Made by a program: the position numbers and the translations under genes | NCBI GenBank assembly: GCA_002347265.1 | Contig: DDYB01000032.1 | Coordinates: 322,482 to 386,481 of the forward strand | Source: Desulfobacteraceae bacterium UBA2245 | GTDB lineage: Bacteria > Desulfobacterota > Desulfobacteria > Desulfobacterales > UBA2245 | Direction of reading: 5' to 3' | Length of the DNA stretch: 64,000 nucleotides | Shown: one piece after another, positions 9,984-20,142 of the stretch | Layout: each line of letters starts with the position of its first letter | Numbering within the stretch: the stretch's first letter is position 1 | Notes under the pieces: model-generated | Told to the model about the DNA's origin: nothing | Database searches by the model: none | Seen by the model: the letters and a program-made list of their open reading frames with translations, nothing else

Positions 9984-10412
9984 CCGAAAAAATGCCGAAT
10001 AAACCCATACAAGCCGGACTCTGGACGAAAACCTGAAGCGGCCATTTCCGAAATTTCACTAAAATGATTTTAACTGAAGTAGCGGCGGATGTCAAAAAGT
10101 TGATTTTCCGAAGGCCGAAATTTTAAGGCAAGGGACTATGCGACAAGCCAGATCCGTGTCTCAAAGAAGAAAAGGGCCTGCGGCGATAGACCGCTGATTT
10201 CGGGTTCAGAATAAGGAAAGAGATCGGCTTTAACCCGGATATTTCATGAGTCCCCAAAAGTCGAAAAACCGGATCAATTTTTATCAAGGAATTGGCAGCC
10301 AAATGCTGCCTGGAGACCGATTGGTTCCCGAAATGCAAAAACTTTCCGGAATTTTGTCGTATTTCGGTCAATTTATGGGAATCAGGGCGCACGGATACCG
10401 TTATCCCCGAAA
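9984..10412. repeat. Dispersed array of CCGAAA(T) motifs in a gene-free region
   Basis: Exact CCGAAA at 9984, 10048, 10115, 10328, 10407 and TTTCGG at 10198, 10362. Six of the seven are the heptamer CCGAAAT/ATTTCGG. Near-variants also occur at 9995, 10108, 10261. Confidence 0.6.
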
Positions 10413-10449
10413 TCAATCTATTTCCAGCTCAATCCGTTACCTTTGGCCC

Positions 10450-10465
10450 TGGTTTTGGACTTGCA
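10450..10465 (+). promoter_or_regulatory. Candidate sigma-54 (-24/-12) promoter
   Basis: TGGTTTTGGACTTGCA has GG-N10-GC spacing and a TTGCA -12 element. The -24 element is weak (TGGTTT). Confidence 0.3.
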
Positions 10466-10515
10466 TTCTGGGATCAGAATATCATATTTAATTAATCTGG
10501 TGCATTCTACGGCCC

Positions 10516-11865
10516 TTGCGGTATGAACCGCACCTTCCGAGCGGAGGCCTTTATGCTATCGCCGACGCATCAAAAGGTCGGAAGAATCAGGCAGCCATTA
10601 CTCAACCGGTTCTAAAGAAATTACACACTCAAAACCGGGAGCATGAAATGTATCTCTCAGCCATGACCCATCGGGATGAGCTTTTCGATATCACCCTGCG
10701 ATGGATGAACGATGATTTCAATCCGGAAGACGGGAAAGCCGTTACCCGGATATTTCTGTACGAAAGCGCCATTTCATCCCTTGTCATTGATCGCATGATC
10801 GCATTTCTCAGTCAGTTGCTGAACTGCACGTTTCAAACGCAAAGGGTTTGCCAGAAACAGGTTTTGCGCGAAAAAATTATTCAGCACCTGCCTTTCCGGA
10901 ACCATCGGATCTGCCAGTTGATCCAAGATTTTGAAGAAAACCCGGAATATTTTTTCCCGCGCCTTCCTCTTGACGCAGCCTTGATAACCGCTTCCGGCTC
11001 AAGCCTTTCGGCTATCGCCCGTATCAAGCGCCTGACCCGTGTGGCGGAAAAGGTCTCTTTCCGCCTCGTGGATGCCCTTTTCAGGGAAATTCAGGCCGAA
11101 GCCCGACATATCGCCGGGCAAAGGGCCGCTGCAGCCGGGGTGCCGCTGGCCGATCTCGAAAGTTCTCCCGCAGACATGCAAAAGGATTTTATTCAGGCCG
11201 AAGCAGCGGTAGCCAGCCGTTTTAAAAGCAAAAACGTGCGCATTGCCCGCGAGGCACTGGCCATCAACGACATTATCGGCCTCAAAATAATCGGCGAGCC
11301 GGAGTTGATCGAACGTCTGCCGATGTTGCTGGACCTGGAACCCGGAATCACCCTCGTGGAGACCGAAAGACACGTTGGCGATTACAATGCGGTCAATCTG
11401 CTGGTGGACATCGATCTGCCGGCGCCCACTGCGCTGGGGGCGCATCTGGCGGAAATAGACTGGTCCATCGCTGACCGGCGCGGTCTGGACGCCGACGAGG
11501 TGCGTCGGAATGCTTTCGCCTATGCGGCCCAAGGGGCCAGGACGGTCCGGGTGGAGATCATTCTGACCACTTATGAAGAACTCATGGAATCGGAATTCGG
11601 CCGTTCGATCCACGAACTCCGTGTGCTGCGTCTCCGGCAGCGGCAGGCTTACAGCGGCCCCATCGCACAGAACGCCGGCTACCTGATTGAATATCTGCTC
11701 GTACTGGCGTCATCGCCCACGATCAACATTCCGGAATTGCCGGTCAAAATGTACGGGCGCTATCTGCCCGAAGCCATCTCTGCCCTGAAATGTTCGTTGT
11801 GCAAAAAAGAGGTCGACGGAGATCCGCTCAGCGCTTTCTGCTTGAAACCGAAGTGTTCGAGCTGA
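10516..11865 (+). CDS. Hypothetical protein with a divergent RelA/SpoT-like nucleotidyltransferase core
   Basis: INDIIGLKIIG ... ERHVGDYNAVNLLVDIDL ... VRVEIILTTYEELMESEFGRSIHE parallels the RelA_SpoT pattern. That pattern is D-x-x-G-[IV]-R-[IV] ... GY-x-[SA]-x-H-L ... E-[IV]-Q-[IV]-R-T. The ORF opens with TTG at 10516, and the first ATG is at 10648. Confidence 0.4.
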   Translation: MRYEPHLPSGGLYAIADASKGRKNQAAITQPVLKKLHTQNREHEMYLSAMTHRDELFDITLRWMNDDFNPEDGKAVTRIFLYESAISSLVIDRMIAFLSQLLNCTFQTQRVCQKQVLREKIIQHLPFRNHRICQLIQDFEENPEYFFPRLPLDAALITASGSSLSAIARIKRLTRVAEKVSFRLVDALFREIQAEARHIAGQRAAAAGVPLADLESSPADMQKDFIQAEAAVASRFKSKNVRIAREALAINDIIGLKIIGEPELIERLPMLLDLEPGITLVETERHVGDYNAVNLLVDIDLPAPTALGAHLAEIDWSIADRRGLDADEVRRNAFAYAAQGARTVRVEIILTTYEELMESEFGRSIHELRVLRLRQRQAYSGPIAQNAGYLIEYLLVLASSPTINIPELPVKMYGRYLPEAISALKCSLCKKEVDGDPLSAFCLKPKCSS

Positions 11866-11879
11866 TTACGGAATCAAAT

Positions 11880-12761
11880 TCACTTGTATTTTTCGTCCTT
11901 CTGTCCGAGCTTTAAAAATCCTGCCGGCATCCGGGAATCGATCCGAATCCGTTTCCCGGCGACCGGATGATTGAACTCAAATAAAAACCCGTGAAGCCGT
12001 ATCCGCCGAACAAAACGGCCGGAAGCGCCATACCGCCGATCACCCACAATCGGGCAGCCGATATCGGCCATATGCACCCGTATCTGGTTTTTCCGGCCCG
12101 TTTCCAGGAGAATTTCCAGCAGCGTATGATCCGCAATCACCTTGAGCGTCCGATAATGCGTCACGGCATTTCGTGCTCCGGAGGTAGACTTTGGAACCGA
12201 TCGGACCTTCTGTTGCCCGTCTTCGGCAAGCCAGCTTTCCACGGTTCCCTCGGATTTGGGCGGCCGGCCTTCCACCAGCGCGTAATAGCGTTTCTCGGTC
12301 GTGGGCCAGCTTTGCTTGATGCGCATCTGAATCTCCCGGCTTTTCGCAAAAATGACGATTCCGGAAACTTCCCGGTCCAGCCGGTGAACCACGAAAACGC
12401 CAGCCCGATGAAAGGCGTTTTGCCGAACATAGAAATTCACCAGATGGTAAAGGGAAGGCTTTTTTCCCGATCCGGTGCCTGCCGTCAGCATTCCCGCCGG
12501 CTTTTCAACGGCAATGAGGTCATGGTCCTCATAGAGTATCGGCACAGGCAGTTCAACACGGTGCGCGCCTGCCGCCGGATCCCGCGTTACCTCCAGGACG
12601 TCGCCGGAATTGACGTTCATGTCCGGACGAATGACCTGCCGGCCATTGCAAAGTACCCGACCATGACGGACGTATTTTCGAATCCGGGTGCTTGAATCAG
12701 TCCCCATCGCCTTTTTCAGAACATCCAGAATCGATCCGGATTCGCCCGCCGTGATCTTCAT
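11880..12761 (-). CDS. RluA-family 23S rRNA/tRNA pseudouridine synthase with N-terminal S4 domain
   Basis: Catalytic motif HRLDREVSGIVIFAK, later KNQIRVH, and an S4-like N-terminus (RIRKYVRHGRVLCNGRQV). Confidence 0.85.
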   Translation of the reverse strand: MKITAGESGSILDVLKKAMGTDSSTRIRKYVRHGRVLCNGRQVIRPDMNVNSGDVLEVTRDPAAGAHRVELPVPILYEDHDLIAVEKPAGMLTAGTGSGKKPSLYHLVNFYVRQNAFHRAGVFVVHRLDREVSGIVIFAKSREIQMRIKQSWPTTEKRYYALVEGRPPKSEGTVESWLAEDGQQKVRSVPKSTSGARNAVTHYRTLKVIADHTLLEILLETGRKNQIRVHMADIGCPIVGDRRYGASGRFVRRIRLHGFLFEFNHPVAGKRIRIDSRMPAGFLKLGQKDEKYK

Positions 12762-13684
12762 TTCTCGTCCGCCGCTTTCATGCAGATAGGGTTATTTGAT
12801 GCTTTCTTTTTTCAGGCGCCCTGAGTGTTCATAGACCTTGCCTGATGTCTATTGAATTTTGATAGTATTAGTTAAATCATAACGGACCGCTCAGCCGTCC
12901 ACGGAACTTGTTACGGTACAATTTTCTTAATTGATGTAGACGTCCGCATTCCGGAAGTCAAGAATAAGCTTGAAGAGGCAGTGTTTCGCGGTCCTTCTTT
13001 TGATGAACGGAGCCGGCATCAGAGAAATTCAGGAACTGCCCGGCACAAAAACGCTGAAGAAGCAGGAACACAGACAAAGGTCTTGATGAACCATATCCAC
13101 TATGGCGGCTTTCGGATCGAAAATCCAGCTGACGCTTTCCAGTTCCCCAGCTTGCGGATGATCGATAGCCGGATTCATCGGCGGCAATTGTTCTTTACTC
13201 TTTTCGCGCATATTGCGGCGGCCCCTTTCTTTTATTTTGCAGCACTATCGATTGGTTGGACACTTTCAACGCGGGCCGATAAAACTTCCTGAGAGAAAGC
13301 CGCGGATCAAGATGCGGAATTCATGAAAAAAGGTTTCCGGTCGGTTCCTCTGTGTGCACCCCCTGTCACCACCTTCCGCGCATGCGCCCTTTATCTGTCT
13401 GGGATCAGTTTGTCGCCGCGTTTTCTGCACGCCTCCCTCAGCAGCAGAACACCTCTGTTCGAAGTGATATCTCTGACACCGAACCTCCGTGCAATTTTAC
13501 GACCTTTACACCTTGAAAACTCTATGTCTTTTGTGGTACGAACTGTTATGGCAAAATCTTCTGTTTATCCAATATAACCAATTGATATATAACATAATAG
13601 TAGAGATTTTACTGCCTGTTTCGCGCAATGTCCGGGTTAAACAAATCGATTTTTCCCAGATCAATAATCTGGAGGAAACGCATC

Positions 13685-15271
13685 ATGAATCTCAAACATA
13701 ATGGCGCCGTTCATGCTCTGCGGTATATCCTGATTTCGGCGGCATTCTGTTTCCTGTACCCCGTTGTTTTTGTGCATGCGGCATACGACGATACAGGCGG
13801 ATTCAGACTGGCCGCCGATTTTTTAAACAAAGGCATGTACCTGGAAGCCCTCGGAACCTACCAGGAAATTTCCAACTATTCCAAAAATGACAACATTCGC
13901 GCCAGGGCCCTGCTGTTCATGGGAACCACCTTCGGGCTCTACCTGGATCAACCGAATGCGGCGATCACCCAGTTTCAGACGGTCATGAACCGGTATCCCC
14001 GGAGCCAGTCAGCACCCGATGCGCTTTTCAACACCGGCATGGTGCTCTATGAAACCGGCCGGTTCAAAGACGCCTATCAGATCTTCCTCAGATACCTGCA
14101 ACAATACCCTCAGGGCATCCGCCGGCAGTCGGCAGAAGTCTGGGCCGACAGCTCAAGATCGCTGATAGCCGAAACACTGCCGCAGATAAAGCCTTGGGAA
14201 CGCATGATTATCTCTGACTCCGTCATCAGGGTCTTGATTCAGGAGAAAGCAACCCGGCTCGCCATTGAATCCGCCGCTCCGATAACCCTTTCCGCGTCCT
14301 TTTCAGGAAAGGTTGTTTTCAACGGCATGGGACCGGTCACCATAGAACGTTACGGAAACGCTCTGGCAATCAACGGACGCATGTTTGAGAAAACCGCCCT
14401 GCGGGCAAACTCGGCCCGACCCATCGGCGTCAACGGCCGAAAGTTCCGGGGCGCTGTTGAGATCACCTCCGAAGCCGACGGGCTTCGCGCCGTCAATCAT
14501 GTAAACATAGAGCACTACCTTTACGGCGTGGTTCCCAAGGAGATGCCCCACAAATGGCCCAAAGCCGCCCTTATGGCTCAGGCTGTCGCGGCCCGGACCT
14601 ACGCGCTTTATATCAAGCAGAAAAGCGGAGAAAAGCCCTATGATGTTCTGGCCACTACGGCATCGCAGGTTTACGGAGGATATGACGCTGAGAAAACCGA
14701 AACCAATCGAGCGGCAGATGAAACAGCCGGCCAGGTACTGTCCTACGACAACCGCTTGATCATCGCGTATTTTCATTCCAACAGCGGCGGCCACACCGAA
14801 GACGCCAAAAACGTATGGAGCGCGGACATTCCGTATCTAAAAGGCATCCCCGATCCTTACAGCAATCAGGCCCCCAATGTTTCCTGGGAAATCTCTCTGA
14901 CCTACAACGCCATTACGGAACGGCTCAACCGGTTCGGCCTCAACATCGGCCGCGTTCAGGCGCTTTCCCACGACGGCCGGACCGCTTCCGGGCGGATACT
15001 GAGGATCCGTGTCGCCGACCAATCCGAAACCTCGGAAATAGCCAGCAATAATTTTCGAATCAAAATGGATGCCACCCAGATCAAGAGCACCCTGTTTGAC
15101 ATTGTACCGAAAGCCAACGGACTGACATTCCGGGGAAGGGGGTACGGTCACGGCGTCGGCATGAGTCAGTGGGGCGCCCGGCAAATGGCGGCCACAGGCA
15201 TGAAATACCAGGACATCCTGAAGTATTATTATCAAGGCGTCAGGCTTGTCTCCGTAACCTACTTAAATTAA
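13685..15271 (+). CDS. SpoIID/LytB-domain protein with N-terminal YbgF-like TPR region
   Basis: SpoIID signature AYFHSNSGGHTEDAKNVW and GHGVGMSQWGA. Signal peptide begins at the ATG at 13685, which follows a GGAGG RBS. The ORF opens earlier, at 13628. Confidence 0.85.
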   Translation: MNLKHNGAVHALRYILISAAFCFLYPVVFVHAAYDDTGGFRLAADFLNKGMYLEALGTYQEISNYSKNDNIRARALLFMGTTFGLYLDQPNAAITQFQTVMNRYPRSQSAPDALFNTGMVLYETGRFKDAYQIFLRYLQQYPQGIRRQSAEVWADSSRSLIAETLPQIKPWERMIISDSVIRVLIQEKATRLAIESAAPITLSASFSGKVVFNGMGPVTIERYGNALAINGRMFEKTALRANSARPIGVNGRKFRGAVEITSEADGLRAVNHVNIEHYLYGVVPKEMPHKWPKAALMAQAVAARTYALYIKQKSGEKPYDVLATTASQVYGGYDAEKTETNRAADETAGQVLSYDNRLIIAYFHSNSGGHTEDAKNVWSADIPYLKGIPDPYSNQAPNVSWEISLTYNAITERLNRFGLNIGRVQALSHDGRTASGRILRIRVADQSETSEIASNNFRIKMDATQIKSTLFDIVPKANGLTFRGRGYGHGVGMSQWGARQMAATGMKYQDILKYYYQGVRLVSVTYLN

Positions 15272-15278
15272 GTCACAA

Positions 15279-16158
15279 ATGCGGCAGAATAAAATCCTTT
15301 CTCACCTGGACCGGCGATTATTATATTCCCTGAGGGCACGAACCGTCGCCGCCAGCCGGTATCAGGCGGACCTTTCCATCAGCCTTCACATCAATGCCAA
15401 CGAAAATTTTTCTCCACACGTCTCTGAAACCTGTTATTGCTCAGGAACCGCCTCAAGCGAGGAAGCGGCAACGGTTGCCGTCTATGAAAAATCGGTATTC
15501 AAATACGGCGTGCCGCACAAGAAAAAAGATAGCTATATCGATGTCGGAAAAATTCTGTTTAACTTTGAGCAGCCGAACTACTGGAATGAAAGTGGACGAT
15601 TTGCCAAAATCTTGCAGGAAAGGTTCAAACAGGGCTTTTGTTTCAAAGCTGCGGCGTGCATTCAGCAGGCTGCCAGCTTTCAATTGGATCCGGGCAATGC
15701 CGAAACATATTATTTTCTTGGCGCCGTGTATAACTTTCAGCATAACCCCGCCATGGCCATCGAATATCTGAAAAAAGGAGGGGATGCAGATTCCGATGAG
15801 GCAGGCACGCATTTTCGACTTGCCAAAGCCTTTCATAACGTGGATATGCAGTTACAATGCGCTGCTGGAATATCAGCGGGCAATTGAGATCAAATCGAAC
15901 CATACACCGGCAATCAATGAAATCGGCTGGATTTATTACAACCAGGTAGAATTTGAAAAAGCCGGGGCGCAAGGGGGGAAAACCCTGTCCATCAACAACC
16001 GGCATCGCGACGCTCCGTTCAATCGGGCCAAAATCTACAAGGAACGGGCATGGAGCACCCTTGAAGCCGGTATCAGACAAGAATCGGTTTCGTATTTGCA
16101 AAAAGCCGTCAGGATGGATACAGGGAACAAGCAGGCAAAATATTATCTTGCAAAATAA
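15279..16158 (+). pseudogene. Amidase_3-remnant + TPR protein, apparently N-terminally truncated and frameshifted
   Basis: ADLSISLHINANENF...VSETCYCSGTASSEEAATVA resembles the middle of an AmiC-type amidase_3 domain, but the N-terminal metal ligands are absent. The TPR reading continues from frame 3 (15279..15887) into frame 1 (15784..16158), with the switch near 15845-15860. Confidence 0.45.
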
Positions 16159-16240
16159 GCCGACAAATAGCTTTATGTCTGAAACCACAGCGGATTTATT
16201 GATTGTCTAAGACATTAAGGTTGCAAGCCAAGGAGGTCAT

Positions 16241-17173
16241 ATGAAAAAGTTTTCAGTAGCGGCATTGACGCTTTTTGTGCTGATGATCATACCGGTTCTG
16301 GGCCTTGGTGCCGAATGGCATGAGTTGGTGGAACAGATGGGCAGCGGATCGGTTAACTGGACACAGGGAATCATGCAGGCCAAGGGGATTGGCGCTCCCC
16401 CTGAAAAATACTACGGAAAGCCTCAGGCAGGCCCAATGGCTCTGAGCGCCGCTCGTCTGGATGCGATGAGAAATCTTCTTGAGGTGGTTCAGGGCATAAG
16501 GATCAGTTCTTCCACCCTGGTCAGAGATTTTGTGACCGAAAGCGACGAGATTCGATCCAATGTAGAAGGCATGGTAAAAAGTGCGCAAATCGTCAAGCGG
16601 GAATACCTTTCCGACGGAACCGTTGAAATCACCATTCAGATGAGTCTGAATGGCGGATTTGCCCAACTGGTTCTGCCCTCTGAAATCAAACAGGTCGAGC
16701 CCATCAAACCCGTGCTGCCGCAACCCCCGATTCCTCAGCCGCCTGTGCCGCCTCCTGTTCAGCCCCTACCGCCGGTTGTAACTCCGACAACACCGCCGCC
16801 GGTTCAGCCGTCGCATCAACCCACATCCGAGATGTTCACAGGGATGGTGGTTGATGCCCGCGGACTGAGCGCCCGGCCGGCCATGGCACCTAGAATTCTG
16901 GATGAAAACGGCCGGGAAGTCTACGGTTCCGCCTTTGTCAGCCGTGAATTCGCCGTTCAGCAGGGGGTGAGCGGTTATGCCAGGGACCTGGCTTCAGCGC
17001 AGCGCAACCCCAGGGTCACCAACAACCCCTTGACCGTAAAAGGGCTGAAAACGGAAGGCCCCGGCGAATCATCAGACATTGTTATCGGTGCTTCGGATGC
17101 ATCTCAACTCCGCAGCGCGTCTGAAAACCTTTCTTTCCTTAAAAGATGTCGCGTCATGATCGTGGTGGATTAA
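16241..17173 (+). CDS. Secreted two-domain protein (LPP20-like N-domain, Pro-rich linker)
   Basis: Signal peptide. AKGIGAPP...ALSAARLDAMRNLLEVVQGIRISS resembles LPP20-type lipoprotein domains. The central linker is PVLPQPPIPQPPVPPPVQPLPPVVTPTTPPPVQP. Confidence 0.5.
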   Translation: MKKFSVAALTLFVLMIIPVLGLGAEWHELVEQMGSGSVNWTQGIMQAKGIGAPPEKYYGKPQAGPMALSAARLDAMRNLLEVVQGIRISSSTLVRDFVTESDEIRSNVEGMVKSAQIVKREYLSDGTVEITIQMSLNGGFAQLVLPSEIKQVEPIKPVLPQPPIPQPPVPPPVQPLPPVVTPTTPPPVQPSHQPTSEMFTGMVVDARGLSARPAMAPRILDENGREVYGSAFVSREFAVQQGVSGYARDLASAQRNPRVTNNPLTVKGLKTEGPGESSDIVIGASDASQLRSASENLSFLKRCRVMIVVD

Positions 17174-17266
17174 TTTCCGAATCACTTGATCCGACATACG
17201 CCAACTCGGGGCATTGCATGTCGTCAAAATGGCCGTTTCAACGCCCATGTTATAAAGGGAGGCACT

Positions 17267-18424
17267 ATGGCAATTAAAAAGATTTTCATTCTCTTGACTG
17301 CCGCGAGTATGCTGATGATGTTCGCTTGCGTTCCCAAGCCTCTGCCGATCCGTGCGGAGCTTGATACACCGCTGCATCATGCCAATAACGGCAACAAGCT
17401 GCTTAAGGCCGGCAAGCTGGATGCGGCCTTCAGTGAATTTGCGCGAGCCAGAGAACTGGATCCACAATACGCCCCGGCCTATGTCGGTTTGGGCTTGTTC
17501 GATGCATATCGCGGAGATTTTGAATCCGGTCTGGAAAACCTCAAAACCGCTAACAAGTTCGCCGAAGGAAAAGAACAGCAAGCTTCAATCCACATCGGCC
17601 ACATGCGCCTTTACACCGTGGGCGGTGAAAAACTCTATACAAACTGGCTTAAGCGCGTCCGTTCCGAATTCGAGGATGCCGTCAATCTGATCCCCGACAG
17701 AGCGGAACCCTATTATTACATGGGAATGGCCTCTAAACAGGGTTATGAATTCGACAAGGCTGCGGATCAGTTCTCCAGGGTATTGGACATCGGGCAGAAT
17801 TTTGTTGCGGAAGCTGAGAAGGAATACGCCCTTGTTCGGAAAATTATAGGAGCCATGCCCGGCAGCAAGGTCGGAAAGCGGATCGCGCTGGTCGAAAAAT
17901 TAACGCGGGGAGATACAGCGGCTCTTTTTATTGAAGAGCTGAAGGTGGATGCGCTTTACAGGAAAAAAACCGGAAAAACCTTTGACGCCTCATATAAAAA
18001 CCCGGAAAAGGAATTCATCACCGGACAGCATGCCAGGGCGCCGGTTGTGACCGACATCGAAGATCATGTTCTGAAAACCGATATTGAAGCAGCCATGGAA
18101 GTCGGCATTAAAGGCCTTGAGGCTTTTCCGGATCATACCTTTAAACCCTATGCCGCCATTAACCGCGCTGAATTTGCCATGATGATCGAAGATATTCTGA
18201 TCAAGATCACACAGGTGAACGATCTGGCCACCCGCTTTATCGGCAGTACGTCGCCGTTCCCGGATGTGAGGAGTGATCTGCCCTATTTCAACGCGGTGAT
18301 GATCTGCACCACCCGCGGCATCATGGCGGCCCGGAATCTTTCATCCGGCGAGTTTGATCCCATGGGACCGGTTTCCGGCGCCGATGCCCTGTTGAGCATT
18401 CGGGCCCTGAAAAATCAACTTTAA
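17267..18424 (+). CDS. TPR + tandem SLH-domain lipoprotein
   Basis: AAAGGGAGG RBS before the ATG at 17267 and lipobox MMFAC. TPR region present. Two SLH-like modules: HTFKPYAAINRAEFAMMIEDIL and FPDVRSDLPYFNAV...GEFDPMGPVSGADALLSIRAL. Confidence 0.6.
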   Translation: MAIKKIFILLTAASMLMMFACVPKPLPIRAELDTPLHHANNGNKLLKAGKLDAAFSEFARARELDPQYAPAYVGLGLFDAYRGDFESGLENLKTANKFAEGKEQQASIHIGHMRLYTVGGEKLYTNWLKRVRSEFEDAVNLIPDRAEPYYYMGMASKQGYEFDKAADQFSRVLDIGQNFVAEAEKEYALVRKIIGAMPGSKVGKRIALVEKLTRGDTAALFIEELKVDALYRKKTGKTFDASYKNPEKEFITGQHARAPVVTDIEDHVLKTDIEAAMEVGIKGLEAFPDHTFKPYAAINRAEFAMMIEDILIKITQVNDLATRFIGSTSPFPDVRSDLPYFNAVMICTTRGIMAARNLSSGEFDPMGPVSGADALLSIRALKNQL

Positions 18425-18454
18425 TCCGGGCGAATTCATGGAGGAGCGCTTGCC

Positions 18455-18850
18455 ATGAATGATGCAAAAGCGGGTATTGCCTTTCTGATGATTCTGGCTG
18501 TCCCGCGGCTTGTTTTCGCCGAATCCTCCGCCGTACCGGTAGAAATCGAAGAACAGACAACCAAAGTTAACCTGCTGGATGGATCGGCCGTGGAAGTTCC
18601 GCATCCGATCGAAGGCCCAAAACCCGTATGCATGGATCAGGGGACCTGCATTGTTCGGTCCATTCAGCAGATTGTTGTGCGCCCGGATGGTACGGCGATT
18701 CCGCCGTTTTCCTTCAGTGGGGAAGAGACATGGATGACCGGGTTCGATGGAATCAGAAGCACGATCGGATCCTGCAATGAAGGCGCCTTAGCTGCAAAGA
18801 GAACGGGGCAGGCTCGCAGCTTGCCCCGTTCTTATCAAAATGGATACTAA
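18455..18850 (+). CDS. Small secreted hypothetical protein
   Basis: GGAGG RBS and signal peptide AFLMILAVPRLVFAES. Three Cys. No known motif. Confidence 0.4.
   Translation: MNDAKAGIAFLMILAVPRLVFAESSAVPVEIEEQTTKVNLLDGSAVEVPHPIEGPKPVCMDQGTCIVRSIQQIVVRPDGTAIPPFSFSGEETWMTGFDGIRSTIGSCNEGALAAKRTGQARSLPRSYQNGY
18799..18832. terminator. Strong hairpin between convergent genes (likely terminator of the metK-ahcY unit)
   Basis: gagaacggggca...tgccccgttct forms an 11 bp stem, extendable through the loop. It lies 25 nt downstream of the ahcY stop on the minus strand and overlaps the last codons of the + strand ORF. Confidence 0.4.
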
Positions 18851-18856
18851 AACACC

Positions 18857-20122
<1,266 letters not shown>

Positions 20123-20142
20123 TCAAGAATTCAACATCCGCT

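Noticed and set aside
16700-16830. Apparent nucleotide repeat in the Pro-rich part of 16241..17173
   Set aside because: The periodicity is explained by coding for the PPV(Q)P linker. It is in frame within a good ORF and is not an independent DNA repeat element.
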